Assembly (NCBI GenBank): GCA_015065385.1
Contig: SVQK01000110.1
Coordinates: forward strand, 3,902-67,901
Direction of reading: 5' to 3'
Source: Oscillospiraceae bacterium
GTDB taxonomy: Bacteria; Bacillota; Clostridia; Oscillospirales; CAG-272
Length of the DNA: 64,000 bases
Shown here: piece after piece, positions 25,226 to 36,500 of the stretch
Layout: each line of letters opens with the position of its first letter
How positions within the stretch are numbered: position 1 is the stretch's first letter
The notes under the pieces: model-generated
Databases searched by the model: none
Told to the model about the DNA's origin: nothing
The model's input: only the letters and a program-made list of their open reading frames with translations
Translations under genes and position numbers: made by a program

Positions 25226-27808
25226 TCATTCCTCCGCCCACAAAAGGCTGCACCTGCCGTTGATCCCGGAGGGACAGTCCGGCGTCACTTCTCCGGCGTT
25301 TTCCCGCTCCAGCGTCGTGGCAGCCTCGATCCGGAGCTCGTTCTCTCCCTCGCGCAGCGCGTCCCCGATCTCAAACCGGAAGGGCGGCGCGATCCGGATC
25401 CCGAGGCTCCTTCCGTTCACGAACACCTCCACACCCTCATAGGCGTCCGTTATGCTCAAAACAGCGCGGAACGGGACTTTCCCGACCGTCAGCGTTCGCC
25501 GATAGCGGAGGAATCCGGAGAAACGGGGCATCTCCTCCGCCGCGCGATCCGGCAGGCAGACCGGCTTCTCGTTTTCAAACCGGGGATATTCGATTGCCCG
25601 GCAGGTACTGCGCATCCATCCGTCGTCAAGCGGGATCGACCTGCCCGCAAACGGAGGCGGCAGAAATCGATCGGATAAGGCATCAACCGTGCGCACAACG
25701 ATCATGCTGTGAAGGGGTTCCACGGTCAGGCGAAGACGGTTTTCACCGTCCGTCTGCTCCGTTTGCGCGGGGCGCAGTCCGTTCTCCCACGCGTCGTAGA
25801 GACAGAAAGAGCCGCCCGGGTCGGGGCTCGTTCCGGAGAGATCGACCGTTCCGCTCCAAACATCCTTCCCCTCGTTCACGAACATCCACACGTCTCCGTC
25901 TACCCCGCGGACATGCAGGGAACGCAGATCCCGGTTCGCGGGGATCGGAGAGGGCGACTCCACGCCGTTCCGTATCAGAATCGCGGGGATTTTCGCGGGG
26001 TCCGTCTTTCCGGCGTCGAGAATCAGAACGTTCTTCTTTTCAAGCTCTGAAAGAACGTCTTTCACAGCCGGGGCGAGATGCTCGCAGGCCGGGAGGATCA
26101 GGGCGCGATACCGTCTTCCGTTGACGGACAGGCCATCCGAGAGATCCGTCCGATACCGTTCCGGGCGGGAGAATACGTCCGCCGGGATGAAGTCATAGGA
26201 AATCTGCTCCCTTGCCAGCGGCTCCGAGACATCCTCCGGGGGCATACACCGTCCCATCCAGTCGCTCTCCGCCCCGTAAAGTACGGCAGTTTCCGCAACA
26301 GGTTCCCCGGCCCCCATCAGAGTGGAAACCCGGTTCATGTAGAGCATCAGCGCGCCGAAATGCCGGATCTGCGGGTTGTGTCCGTGCGCGTAGAAGTGGG
26401 GCGGGCAGTCCCCGTCCGGATACTTCGCCATGCTGAAGGCGTGAGGGACAAAGTGGTTGATCCCCCGCACAAGCATGTGGTCCGCAAGGTATTTTTCAAG
26501 CCGCACGCCTTCCCGCCAGCCGTACGCGCCGAAGATCTCGCACATACTGTCCCCGTGTTTGAGGGGATCGATCACGGCCTGAGATCCGGCCAGCCGTGCG
26601 AGGACAAAGTGGAAGAATCGCCCCGAACGCCGCTCTTCATCCACCTCGCCGCCGGGTCTGACCTGTCCGCTGATCACGTCGATCCCGGACATATCCTGCC
26701 CGCCCAGCCCGCGGAAATAGTGGCCGAGGCTGCATCCGGAGCGCGTGTGCTGGTTCTCGTCCTCGATCAGGTGCCCGATGTACCGCACGCCATGCTCCCG
26801 GCACCAATTCCCCATCTGTTCGGAGAAATTCCGCTCCACAAGCCGCGTCACCGCGTCCATATAGCAGAGCCGCACGTCCGCCGCCGCTTCGGAGTCGAAT
26901 TCCTGTTCCCACAGAAGCGGCATGCGGGCGATCCATCCGTCCCCGTAACGGTCGGTCAGGATCTCTTGCACTTCCGCGCTCCACGCCTGATCCTCCATCT
27001 GCCAGATCGGCTTGCGCATTTCATACAGATGCCCGTTGCCGAGTTCGGGCTCGTCGGAGAAAAAGCCGACAATCGTTTTTCCGAAGTCGTCCGCGTAATG
27101 CGCCCATATGGGTTCATACACCGCGTCGATCAGGATCCGGCAGGATTCGGCGGACATCATGTTGATATACTGCCGTCTCGCCCCGCGGTTTCTTGTGAGG
27201 TGAAGGACGTACAGCGTCCACTCCCCGTCCGGCACGCGGAAGCGAAGCTCGTCCTGCCCGATCTGCCCGCTGAGATCGACGATCCCGTCCGGAAGCGATC
27301 CGTTCTTCTTCACTGCGACCAGCCCGATCAGCCGGTCGTCGTGATACACCCGGGGATTCCGGTGACGGACGTCGTATTCCTCCATTTCACTGTTCGGCAC
27401 GAATGGCGTGGAGGGGAGAAGCTCCGCCATATCGACGACCATCTCTTCTCCCGAAGAGGGGCAGGAAACGGTGCGGTACACGAGCTCCTGACGGCACAGC
27501 TCCTCCGGAGCGTCCGCCATCTTCCCGTCCGCGAATCCCGTGGGAAAATGGCTGTCGTCCAGAAGCCACACCTTCATGCCCATGCGCCGCGCTTCGTCGA
27601 GTATGACGTCCAGATCGTGCCACCATCGGGGACCGCCGAAATCGGGATGCGGACGGCTCTCCACGCAGACCGCGCCGATGTTGGCGTCATGGATGACGCG
27701 CATATACTCTCTGAGTACCGCCTCCTCCTCGCCGCGGAGCCACAGGAAGGGGAGGATCCGGTTGTCCCACCCGCCGGAAAGCAGTTTTTCTGTCGTTTCT
27801 CTAATCAT
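25226..27808 (-). CDS. Glycosyl hydrolase-like protein (TIM-barrel-like N-terminal region + C-terminal jelly-roll/galactose-binding-like domain)
   Basis: ILPFLWLRGEEE..IGAVCVESRPHPDFGG..WW.D...ILDEARRMGMKVWLLDDSHFPTG, then a C-terminal ..YEGVEVFVNGRSLG... Start moved to MIRETTEKLL (ATG 27808). The upstream 28 codons of the track ORF are a gene relic (next feature). Confidence 0.6.
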   Translation of the reverse strand: MIRETTEKLLSGGWDNRILPFLWLRGEEEAVLREYMRVIHDANIGAVCVESRPHPDFGGPRWWHDLDVILDEARRMGMKVWLLDDSHFPTGFADGKMADAPEELCRQELVYRTVSCPSSGEEMVVDMAELLPSTPFVPNSEMEEYDVRHRNPRVYHDDRLIGLVAVKKNGSLPDGIVDLSGQIGQDELRFRVPDGEWTLYVLHLTRNRGARRQYINMMSAESCRILIDAVYEPIWAHYADDFGKTIVGFFSDEPELGNGHLYEMRKPIWQMEDQAWSAEVQEILTDRYGDGWIARMPLLWEQEFDSEAAADVRLCYMDAVTRLVERNFSEQMGNWCREHGVRYIGHLIEDENQHTRSGCSLGHYFRGLGGQDMSGIDVISGQVRPGGEVDEERRSGRFFHFVLARLAGSQAVIDPLKHGDSMCEIFGAYGWREGVRLEKYLADHMLVRGINHFVPHAFSMAKYPDGDCPPHFYAHGHNPQIRHFGALMLYMNRVSTLMGAGEPVAETAVLYGAESDWMGRCMPPEDVSEPLAREQISYDFIPADVFSRPERYRTDLSDGLSVNGRRYRALILPACEHLAPAVKDVLSELEKKNVLILDAGKTDPAKIPAILIRNGVESPSPIPANRDLRSLHVRGVDGDVWMFVNEGKDVWSGTVDLSGTSPDPGGSFCLYDAWENGLRPAQTEQTDGENRLRLTVEPLHSMIVVRTVDALSDRFLPPPFAGRSIPLDDGWMRSTCRAIEYPRFENEKPVCLPDRAAEEMPRFSGFLRYRRTLTVGKVPFRAVLSITDAYEGVEVFVNGRSLGIRIAPPFRFEIGDALREGENELRIEAATTLERENAGEVTPDCPSGINGRCSLLWAEE

Positions 27809-27820
27809 ACATGTGCTCCT

Positions 27821-27892
27821 TCGGAAATACAGCCTCCGGTTCGAATCGCGGGCTGTGTGATACGCCTGTTTCGGAACGCCGTTCGATCCCAT
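27821..27892 (-). pseudogene. Relic 3' end of a paralogue of the GH gene at 19378..20391, fused in frame to the next ORF
   Basis: Nucleotides 27821-27892 align to 19378-19450 at about 4 of 5 positions by eye. Peptide GVPKQAYHTARDSNRRLYF compares with CVPKKAYYAARDTIRRLYF. The stop codon TGA is replaced by CGA. Confidence 0.55.
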
Positions 27893-27922
27893 GAAGAAGA
27901 ATCGCCCGACAGAACAGAAGAT

Positions 27923-28408
27923 TTACTTCTGAAACACGACGGAAAAGAATCCGTCGTCGTGGAACAGCATCGGGATCTGCGTCGAGGTTACGATCCCCAA
28001 GCCCGACGAGGCGGTTTTCCCGTCCTCCGCCGCGAGTCCCAGACCGATGACGGCAGACTGTTCTCCGACGACGATCCGCATCTCGTGCGCGACGTCGTAC
28101 CGGATCGGCATGGAGCCGTGCGGCGGGAGATCCCCGCTCAGAAAGACATACGTCCCCTCCTGCTCCCCCGCGGGCAGCCCGACGAGCTCTGCCAATTCCT
28201 CGTCGAACTCATAAAAGACGCGCTCGCCGTCTCCGTCAAACTGCATCGTACCGTGCTCCGAGACAAACAGGCCGGTGTGCGGCTCGGGAGCGGGCGTGTC
28301 CGGTTCATAGGGGATGTTTTCCGGTTCCCATCCGCAGGCTCCCAGAGACAGAAGCAGCAGGACTGCCGCAAATAAACAAATTCCCGTTTTTCTCCACCAA
28401 CACTTCAT
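27923..28408 (-). CDS. Small lipoprotein of unknown function
   Basis: MKCWWRKTGICLFAAVLLLLSLGAC lipobox and a GGAGGAAAAAAC RBS. Start moved inside track ORF 27923..28564. Confidence 0.6.
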   Translation of the reverse strand: MKCWWRKTGICLFAAVLLLLSLGACGWEPENIPYEPDTPAPEPHTGLFVSEHGTMQFDGDGERVFYEFDEELAELVGLPAGEQEGTYVFLSGDLPPHGSMPIRYDVAHEMRIVVGEQSAVIGLGLAAEDGKTASSGLGIVTSTQIPMLFHDDGFFSVVFQK

Positions 28409-28640
28409 GTTTTTTCCTCCCAATTTCGCCCGGAAGGCCATGCCGGGTATGGACCCGTCCGAGCCTTTCTCCGGTTTCGCTTCCGTTCGCCTTATTGAAG
28501 AACTCCTGCAAGAATTATAGCATATCCGTTCCTGCAGTGCAATAGGGTTTTCATCTGTTCCCACGATCCGGACAAGGGCGGAAGCAGTATCATCCGTCGG
28601 AAGGGGAATTGCCCTTACCCGATTTATCCACCCCCGGGAT

Positions 28641-28672
28641 GAAAACAGCCCTGACCTTTTTCGGATCAGGGC
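28641..28672 (-). terminator. Rho-independent terminator downstream of the solute-binding protein gene
   Basis: GCCCTGA-11 nt-TCAGGGC, followed on the minus strand by TGTTTTC. Confidence 0.5.
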
Positions 28673-28793
28673 CGAATCTGGAACTTATCCCGCCGCGTTC
28701 CCGCAGAAACCCTGAATCGCCGTTGCAGCCTCACAGCGCAAAGCGGGAACGGATGGGTTCAGAGCTCCGTTCGTATGAACAACGATCCCATCC

Positions 28794-30293
28794 TCAACCG
28801 CCCAAGGCACGCATTTTGTCTACCGCCTTGCCGAGTTGTTTGCCGATCATTCTCTTCTGAGCCGCCCAGTAGGAGGAGAAATTGCTGTTTTTGGCCGTCA
28901 TCAGGGTTCGCATGACGAACCACGGATTTCCGATGCTCTCGTTGTACAGGCTCTCAAAGTTGATGTAGATACTGTCCTTGATGAGATCGACCATTTCCGC
29001 GGTCTGCGCGTCGCGGGAATAGCGGTATTTGAGCGCGACATCGAAATAGGCCGGCGTGACGGTGCGCCAAGACTGCGCTGCAAGCGCTTCCATGACGGCC
29101 GCGGACATATCGGGATTCTTTGCGTCGATCGGAATGCTCCAGAGAGAGACCGCGTCCTGAACCCGCGTGCCGTAGGTCGCCTGATTCTCGTCGAACAGCG
29201 GGTAGGGCAGCAGGCCGTAATCGCTCTCCATGTCCGCGAGATTGTTGATGAATCCCGAAATGACGGAGGTCGCAAACAAAGCCTTGTCCTCTACGAAGCT
29301 GTTGATGTTCGTGTACCACACATTTCCGCCGGATTGCTGATGTACGCCCGGGTTCTCCCACAGCAGGGCATAGACCTTTTCGACCGCCGCAGCCAGTCTT
29401 TCCTCATCGACCTCGAGTACGGGATACCCGTCCTCATCCCTCGACAGCATGGAGATCCTCGCGGCCTGCATGTAGGCGTCCGCGTCGTTGCCGCAGTTGG
29501 TCACCAACCCGTAATAGTCCTCGTCGCCAGCCGTTCCGTCTCCGTTCAAATCGGCGTAGATCTGCGACGTCAAGGCGTTCACATAGTCGATCGTCCATCG
29601 GTGCTCCTTCACGACCGCATAGAGGTCTTCCACCTGATTGTCCCCGGCGACCCTCTGATTGAAAGCGTAGGCATACATCGCGGAAAGCATGGAGCGCGCG
29701 ATATCGCCCGTGAGGAAGTGCAGCTGTCCGGCGACCTGCAGATCGCTTACCACGGACTGGTTCCACCACATCGCGTCAAAGTCAAGGTAGTTCATCTCAT
29801 TCAGGTTCATAAAGAGCCCTTCGAGGGACAGAGAGGGGATCCGTGCGGACCATCCCGCAATGATGTCGAACGCGCCGTCCGCCGCCATGATGGACGAGCG
29901 GATCGCGTTGACGCTGGTATCGTATCTCTCCCAGCCGTCGCCCACATACACCCCGATCTTTACGTTCAGTTTTTCTCCGACCAGCGTATTGCGCTCGTAG
30001 ATCGCGTCGTTCACCGCTTCGCCCGTCAGTTCCTCGGAAACGACCTCGGTAGGGGAATCGTCGCCCCGGGAGTGTACAATGACGTCCGCGCCTCCGAAAT
30101 CGAGCTCTGGCAAGCTGTCGGGGTAATCCGCGCGTGATAGTTCCGTTTCGGGTTTCTCCGGCTCCACCTCGGAATTCACATCAGCAGAGGGATTATCCTG
30201 CATGTCGGGTTCATCTCCCGGTTTCTCGGAACAGGAGAGAAAAGCGCCCATCGAAAGAAGCAGGACAAGCAGAAGCGACACGAATTTCTTCAT
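28794..30293 (-). CDS. Extracellular solute-binding lipoprotein (large LplA-type ABC sugar-binding component)
   Basis: MKKFVSLLLVLLLSMGAFLSC lipobox, ~500 aa, WWNQ/..GLLPYP segments shared with the paralogue at 36889..38367. GGAGGA RBS. Start moved inside the track ORF. Confidence 0.75.
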   Translation of the reverse strand: MKKFVSLLLVLLLSMGAFLSCSEKPGDEPDMQDNPSADVNSEVEPEKPETELSRADYPDSLPELDFGGADVIVHSRGDDSPTEVVSEELTGEAVNDAIYERNTLVGEKLNVKIGVYVGDGWERYDTSVNAIRSSIMAADGAFDIIAGWSARIPSLSLEGLFMNLNEMNYLDFDAMWWNQSVVSDLQVAGQLHFLTGDIARSMLSAMYAYAFNQRVAGDNQVEDLYAVVKEHRWTIDYVNALTSQIYADLNGDGTAGDEDYYGLVTNCGNDADAYMQAARISMLSRDEDGYPVLEVDEERLAAAVEKVYALLWENPGVHQQSGGNVWYTNINSFVEDKALFATSVISGFINNLADMESDYGLLPYPLFDENQATYGTRVQDAVSLWSIPIDAKNPDMSAAVMEALAAQSWRTVTPAYFDVALKYRYSRDAQTAEMVDLIKDSIYINFESLYNESIGNPWFVMRTLMTAKNSNFSSYWAAQKRMIGKQLGKAVDKMRALGG

Positions 30294-30435
30294 AGGTTCC
30301 TCCTTCATCTCTTTTCTGTGGTTCCTGAATGAATCGTACGGATATCGATTGCGGAATTCAATATGATTAGGTTTATCACGCCGCAGTCCGGGTCGGGCTG
30401 TCAACAGGGGGGATCTGCCTTTTCCCTCATTACTG

Positions 30436-31005
30436 TCAGCTAAGCGGTGCCGAGCGGATCGCACAGTAATCCTTCAAGACCTTCAATCCGTCTGCAGCAA
30501 CGCAAAAACGACGGCGGTCTCCCTTCTGTATCTCGGCCCACACCTCGTCCAGATCGAACCAGCGGACTTCGGACACCTCGCTCTTCTGTAAGGTCAGACG
30601 TCCGATCTCCACCGGCTCCTGATAAACAAATACCCATGATACCTGATTGTCACGGAACACCCGGTTATGGAATATGTCTTCAAAACGGATCCGGATCTTT
30701 CCGGCATAATGAAGCTGTGAAGGAGCGGCGCTGATCCCCAGCTCTTCCGACAACTCCCTCAACGCCGAAGGCACAGGTTCCTCCCCTGCTGGGATATGAC
30801 CCGCGGACGAGGTGTCATACATCCCGGGAAAGGAGTCCTTCTCGTCGCTTCGCTTTTGAAGAAGAATCTCCGTCCGGCCGTTCACCTTCCTCACGATCCA
30901 GACATGCGCGGTCCTGTGCAAAATACCATTTGCATGCGCTTCCTGACGGCTGACCCGTTTGCCTGTCGGGGTTCCGGTTTCATCAACGATATCAAGGTAT
31001 TCCAT
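30436..31005 (-). CDS. NUDIX hydrolase
   Basis: Nudix box GHIPAGEEPVPSALRELSEELGI (Gx5Ex7REUxEExGU). Confidence 0.85.
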   Translation of the reverse strand: MEYLDIVDETGTPTGKRVSRQEAHANGILHRTAHVWIVRKVNGRTEILLQKRSDEKDSFPGMYDTSSAGHIPAGEEPVPSALRELSEELGISAAPSQLHYAGKIRIRFEDIFHNRVFRDNQVSWVFVYQEPVEIGRLTLQKSEVSEVRWFDLDEVWAEIQKGDRRRFCVAADGLKVLKDYCAIRSAPLS

Positions 31006-31021
31006 CCGATAATTCGTCCTC

Positions 31022-32377
31022 TCATATCCCGTCCGTGTCCTTCTTCACCTTGATCAAAACCGTGCTGTACAGCCCGAGATCGATTCGGACGGCAAACGAA
31101 TCCGCCGAAAACCGCTGCGTGTTCAACAGCTTCAGATCGTGCTCCGCATCCAGCAGATAGATCTCCGCCCGGCACGGACCGCCGAATCCTTCGAACCGGA
31201 CGGAAAGATCCTTCCCCGGCGCGTCGTCCCGGTCGCAGTAGTTGGTCAGCAGTACCGCCGCGTTCTCTCCGTCCGCCGCCGCGCAGGAATAAACGTCCGG
31301 ATCGGCGCAGTCCGTGGGGATCCAATCGCCGAGCGCGCGCAGATCCCGCCATGCCGCAAAGGGATAATATCCTTTCAGCGGCCTGTACGTCTCCGCCTCG
31401 AACAAACCGTTCATCCCGCAGGGCCGCGCATCGTAGTACATCAGCATATCCAGAGGCAGGGACTGACCCGCGCACATGGCCGCCGCGATGAAGGAGGAGC
31501 CTTTCAGACTCCGCTCCGTATTCAGGGAATACGTCCAGTCCTCACCGAGCCAGCCGCGGATGTAGTTCCATTCGTTCAGGATCGTTTCGACACCGGTCAA
31601 GCCCCGTTTGTCCAGTTCGCGCCGCGCCGTCAGGATCGCCTCCCGCAGACTCTCGATGTGACTCTCATACCAGTGATAGGAATAAAAGTCCAGCGGAACA
31701 CGATCCCGCGCGATCCGGTCAAGGAAGGCGTCTTTGAAGGGAGTCGGCCACGGTCCGGTAAACGCGGGTCCCCCGATTTTCAGATCCGGAAAGCAGGCTT
31801 TCAGATGACGGGCCGCGGTGACATACAGCTCGATAAACTGCTCGTCCGTGCCCTGCCAGCAGGGATTGGATCCGTCGGCGTTGCGGCAGTCCGGTTCGTT
31901 CCAGATTTCCCAGTATTCGATCCCGAACCGGAATCCGTCCGCCCACCCTTCGTTGTAGTGGCGGACGATGTGCTCGCAGATCCGCGCCCATTTACCGAAG
32001 TCCGGCGGCACCCGGGTACCGAATTTATACCCGTGTTCAATCGACGCGCCAAGGCGGTAGAAAATCTTCGTCCCCGCCGCAAGGGTCGTCCGGATATACC
32101 AGTCCGTCGGCTCGAAGATATAGGAGGCGGGATCGTTTTCATCCGCGTCGAAATTGCGGAAGATCCGGTGAACGTCAACGGTATGCTCGCCCCCGTACCC
32201 CGGGAAAAAAGACGCGTCGTGGTTGCGGGCATATGGGATCGCGGCGTCCCGGTAGGCTTCAAACGAACTGGGGGACTGCCGCACGCCGGGAGCGGTCGGC
32301 CCGTTGTTGACGGCGTTCATCAGCTTGATCTTGCCGGAGGTTTTTCGCTTGTCTGCGGTTACGGTCAGTTCCATCAT
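31022..32377 (-). CDS. Glycoside hydrolase, GH39-like (clan GH-A)
   Basis: IEYWEIWNEPD acid/base-type motif and ILNEWNY nucleophile-type motif. 451 aa, with no signal peptide. Confidence 0.6.
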   Translation of the reverse strand: MMELTVTADKRKTSGKIKLMNAVNNGPTAPGVRQSPSSFEAYRDAAIPYARNHDASFFPGYGGEHTVDVHRIFRNFDADENDPASYIFEPTDWYIRTTLAAGTKIFYRLGASIEHGYKFGTRVPPDFGKWARICEHIVRHYNEGWADGFRFGIEYWEIWNEPDCRNADGSNPCWQGTDEQFIELYVTAARHLKACFPDLKIGGPAFTGPWPTPFKDAFLDRIARDRVPLDFYSYHWYESHIESLREAILTARRELDKRGLTGVETILNEWNYIRGWLGEDWTYSLNTERSLKGSSFIAAAMCAGQSLPLDMLMYYDARPCGMNGLFEAETYRPLKGYYPFAAWRDLRALGDWIPTDCADPDVYSCAAADGENAAVLLTNYCDRDDAPGKDLSVRFEGFGGPCRAEIYLLDAEHDLKLLNTQRFSADSFAVRIDLGLYSTVLIKVKKDTDGI

Positions 32378-32464
32378 GCGCTCCTTTTTTGGGGAAAACC
32401 GATTTCAGTGCCTTGCCTGCTTTTTCCCGATAAACAGATCAAGTCCTGCAATTCAACTGAACAA

Positions 32465-32493
32465 ATTATACTAAAATCCCATCGGTTTTTCAA
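32465..32493 (-). promoter_or_regulatory. Promoter for the GH39-like gene
   Basis: On the minus strand: TTGAAA, a 17-nt spacer, then TATAAT. Confidence 0.5.
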
Positions 32494-32718
32494 GAGCTTT
32501 TGCGCCTTTTGCAAAGAAAATCCGGTTTCCAGTCAGCGGATTCCGGCTGTGATTCTGCTTCAAAGAAGGCGCGGAGCTGACCGAACCGTACTCCGATCCG
32601 GCATGCGGCGCAGCGGCTGATCGACGTCCTGAGCCTTTCACCGTGCCGATGCCGTAACCCTTGCTCAGCTCTTTAATCTGCCGCTCTCCGACAATCCGTA
32701 AAATTCTCCCCGTCCCTC

Positions 32719-32747
32719 TTGACAAACGCGCGGATCTGCATTACAAT
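32719..32747 (+). promoter_or_regulatory. Promoter for the TetR gene
   Basis: TTGACA (32719-32724), a 17-nt spacer, then TACAAT (32742-32747). Confidence 0.6.
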
Positions 32748-32795
32748 GACTATTATAACATGGACATCATATACAGATCAAAACAGGAGGTTCCC

Positions 32796-33362
32796 TTGCC
32801 GCCGAAAGCGAAAATCACGCGGGAGATGGTCGAGAGCGCCGCGGTGGAGATCATCCGCCGGTCGGGAGCGGAAAACCTCAACGCCCGGGCGGTCGCGGAA
32901 GAGCTGAACTGCTCCACCCAGCCGGTCATGTACCACTTTGCCACGATGGAAGAGTTGAAAAGGGCCGCCTACGCGCGGATCGACCGGATACACACGGATG
33001 CCCTGCTCGCGCCCGCCGGAGATCGGGATCCGCTTCTTTCCATCGGACTGAACTACATCCGCTTCGCCGTGGAGGAGCCCAATCTGTTCCGGTTTCTCTT
33101 CCAGTCCGGGTACGCGCCGGGGACGGATCTCGACTCCCTGATCGGATCCGACGAAAGCGGGCGCATTCTCGAAGCGATGCGGGAAGGGATCGGGTGCGGG
33201 ATGGAGCGGACGAAGGAAATCTTTCTCACAGTCGCCCTGTTCGCCCACGGGTATGCGAGCATCATCGCAAATAACCGCCTGAATTTTGACGAGGACGTGA
33301 TCGCCGGGCATCTGGAAAAGGCGTTCAACGGCGCGGTTCTGGCAGCGCGGGAGGAGGAATAA
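32796..33362 (+). CDS. TetR/AcrR family transcriptional regulator
   Basis: N-terminal HTH ..GAENLNARAVAEELNCSTQPVMYHF.. The probable start is TTG 32796, 5 nt after AGGAGG. The track ORF begins upstream of the promoter. Confidence 0.85.
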   Translation: MPPKAKITREMVESAAVEIIRRSGAENLNARAVAEELNCSTQPVMYHFATMEELKRAAYARIDRIHTDALLAPAGDRDPLLSIGLNYIRFAVEEPNLFRFLFQSGYAPGTDLDSLIGSDESGRILEAMREGIGCGMERTKEIFLTVALFAHGYASIIANNRLNFDEDVIAGHLEKAFNGAVLAAREEE

Positions 33363-33594
33363 GAGCCCCCCTCGAGCCGAACGTACTTCGGCAGGTCATA
33401 CGCATCCCCCCTGAATACACGGCAGCCATGGCACAGACCTTTTCTCCCGGCATGATCGAGCGCTTCCATTATACCGGATTTTCTGGGTCCGTGCCGCTTT
33501 TTCTTTCATCAGGCGTTACCGGGGATCCGTTCCGGAAGGCCCCGCCAATAGGAAATCTGAGTCAGAGTCTTTCAACTTAAGGAGAATGAATCCG

Positions 33595-36500
33595 ATGAAA
33601 CAGAACAGTCTTCGTTTCTTGGCGCTGCTTCTCTCCGTTCTGCTCTGCTGCGGCTGCCTGCCAAACGCAGTTTTCGCGGCGGAGGAAGGGAATCGGGAAT
33701 ACCAGTTTGTTCGCACGGCGTATTATTCTAAGATTTCAAATGCTTATGTCGGCGACAGTTCGTATTATTCCGACGACTGGTTTCTCGCCGACCTAACCGT
33801 AAAAAATGAAAGCTTCGCCCTGCTGTCGGCTCAGCTGGCCATGTCAGCGGCGGAAGGCGGGGGCGGAGCGGCCTTTCTTGAGGCGATCGGCTTTACGGAT
33901 ATGAAAGCCTGCCGCTACGACAGCGCGGATCCCCTCGACTGCGCTTATGCGTGCGGGACAAAAACACTCGACGGCCGCACCGTTATCGCGGTCGTGTTTC
34001 AGGGCGATCTCTACGGCGATAAGGGGTGGCAGCATAATGTCACGGTGAATTTAGGGGAGAACGACTCGGGCGATCAGTCGTCCTACGCCGCCGCGGCAGA
34101 CGCTTTCCTCGCAGACTTTGATGAGATGGGCGTTTCCAAAGACGCGGTTCTCTGGCTCACCGGGACGAGCCGGGCGGGATCCGTCGCCAATCTCGCCGCT
34201 GCCCGTCTGCTGGAGCGGGACAGCCATCCCGACCTGATCTGCTATACATTCGAGGCTCCGGCGACGACGGAAAACCCGGACGCGCACGACGCGAAATACA
34301 ACGGCATTCACAACTATATCTGCGACGACGATCCGGTGACAATGCTCCCAATCTGGGATATGACCCGGTACGGAGAAGATGTCGTTTACAATACCGCCGC
34401 CATCGGCGATGTGATCGAGGCAGCCGCGGAGTTGAATCCGGACACCCGGGAATTCAACAAAAACTATCCGGAAAGCTTCTCCGACGGAGGGCTGAAAGAA
34501 TTTCTGGACGGGATCATGGATACGCTGGAAGATACCGTTCCGTCCCGCTCCGATTACACGAGGCCCCGGACCATCTCCATCCCGACGGACGGCCCCTTTG
34601 TCTACACCTATCAAGGGGCGCTTCAGGCGCTGTGTCATGTGGTGTTCGGTTCGAGCGGAGGCATCGGCTCGCTGACCGGCACTCTGTCAGACAACCTTGA
34701 TTCGCTTCTGTTGGGGCTGACCTACGCGAGAGTGGAAGAAGCATATGCCGATCAGCTCGGAGATACGCCCGAATCTGCCAAAATCCGCGCGGATTCGGAA
34801 GCCCGGACCTTTGCGCTCGCGGAGTTCCTGTATTCCGCCGTGAAGGAGGCGGATCCTTCGCTCGACGTGAATCTTCCGGACGTGTACGGGCTTTTGAAGC
34901 TCCTCGCGCCGCAGCTTGCGGATACCGGCTCCGTCTCGGAGGAGGAGTGGACGCTTCCGGAATACGAGGAGTTCTACGTCTACGACTACCTTGACTACTC
35001 GATTCTGAACAGATTCGTTGAAAGCTCCTCGGCGATCGTCTTCTCACACCATCCCGACATGGTCGTCGCCCGGCTGAAACTGCTCGCTCCGGCGCCGGAA
35101 GCGGATGATATGAATCTGACGATCACCGTTCCCGAAGCGGGACAGGCCGTCACGCTTGCGCCGGAAGAAGCGGACGGCAGCGCGGACGCGCTCGGTCTTG
35201 TCTGGATGAACGTGTCGGAGGCAAAATGGGAGACGGAGGACACCGTGCTCTCGGACGGAAAGATCTACTATTTCACGACGACACTCCGTTTCGCGGGCCA
35301 CACCGTCCCGGACAGCTTCCGGTTTACCATCAACGGAGAGGACGCGAAAAAAACGGAGATCGTTCGTCAGAGAGGCGAAGTCCTCGTGACCGGGACATGG
35401 GAATACAAGTTGGGTGAGCCGGAGCAGGTGAATATCCGGTTTGACGCGGGCACCCCCTGCGAATCCCCGGCCGCGATTGTGGCGGACAGAGGCGTTCGGC
35501 TCGGGTACTCCGGTCTTTCACTGCCTGACCTCGGCGTCATCGAAGACGATACGGTTTGCTGGCGCTGGAGATTTGACGGGTGGACGGATCCGGACGGAGT
35601 CTCGTGGGAAGACGTTGTCGCCGATCAGGATATCACGCTCTCTGCCGCGTGGACCCGTCTGATCGACAGAATCGAACTGGTTTATGACATCCCGCATCTG
35701 GGCGACGGGGGAGAGAAGCTTTTCAGGCTGAGCGCGCCGGAGGGCGTTCCTTATGAACTCAAAGAATTCGCTCTGACGTTTGAGGATCAGGAAGAAGATC
35801 TCTATATAACGTATTATTATGATCCTGAGGAAGTGGACGGTTTCGTTTTGGATCACGAAGGAGAGTGGACGCTTTCGTTCAAGGCATATTCAAATGCGCC
35901 GGATGTGGATTTCTATTTCAAGACCGCCATAAAAGTCATTGTTCTTGGCGATGAGGAATTCTCTCTTGATATTGATTTATACGACGGCGTGCTTACGGTC
36001 AACGGGGAGAATGTCATCGAAGCACTCTATTCCGGAGAGTACTATGATTCATATTCCGATGAAACATTCCCTGCTTATGTGGTCGCCGATTACGGCTTCA
36101 TTCCTCTCAAAAACGAGGAGCCGGCCGAAGAGCCGGTCAAGGAACATGACGGGAGACCGGCGTTTCCGATTCCCCCATTCTTCACCCCTGCTTCCCGCTT
36201 GCCGCACTTCCCGATAATGATTCCTTCCACACCGACCGCTCCCGCAGATCAGCCCGATGTGTCCGACGTGTCCGATGTGTCTGCTGATCCCGCCGTCGAA
36301 CAGAAGCCCGTCTTCGCGGACGTTCCCGCCGACGCGTACTATGCCGACGCAGTGGAGTGGGCGGTCGAGAACCGGATCACGAGCGGAACGGAGGCCGGGC
36401 GCTTCACCCCGGAGGCTTTCTGTTCCCGTGCCGAGATGGTGACCTTCCTCTGGAGGGCCGCCGGATGTCCCGCTCCGTCGGTTTCGGCCGATCCCTTTGT

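Noticed and set aside
32471-32725. 84-aa minus-strand ORF (..RILRIVGERQIKELSKGYGIGTVKGSG..) in the GH39-like/TetR intergenic region; possible gene fragment
   Set aside because: It overlaps both predicted divergent promoters and has no RBS. I cannot place the peptide in any family, so support is insufficient.
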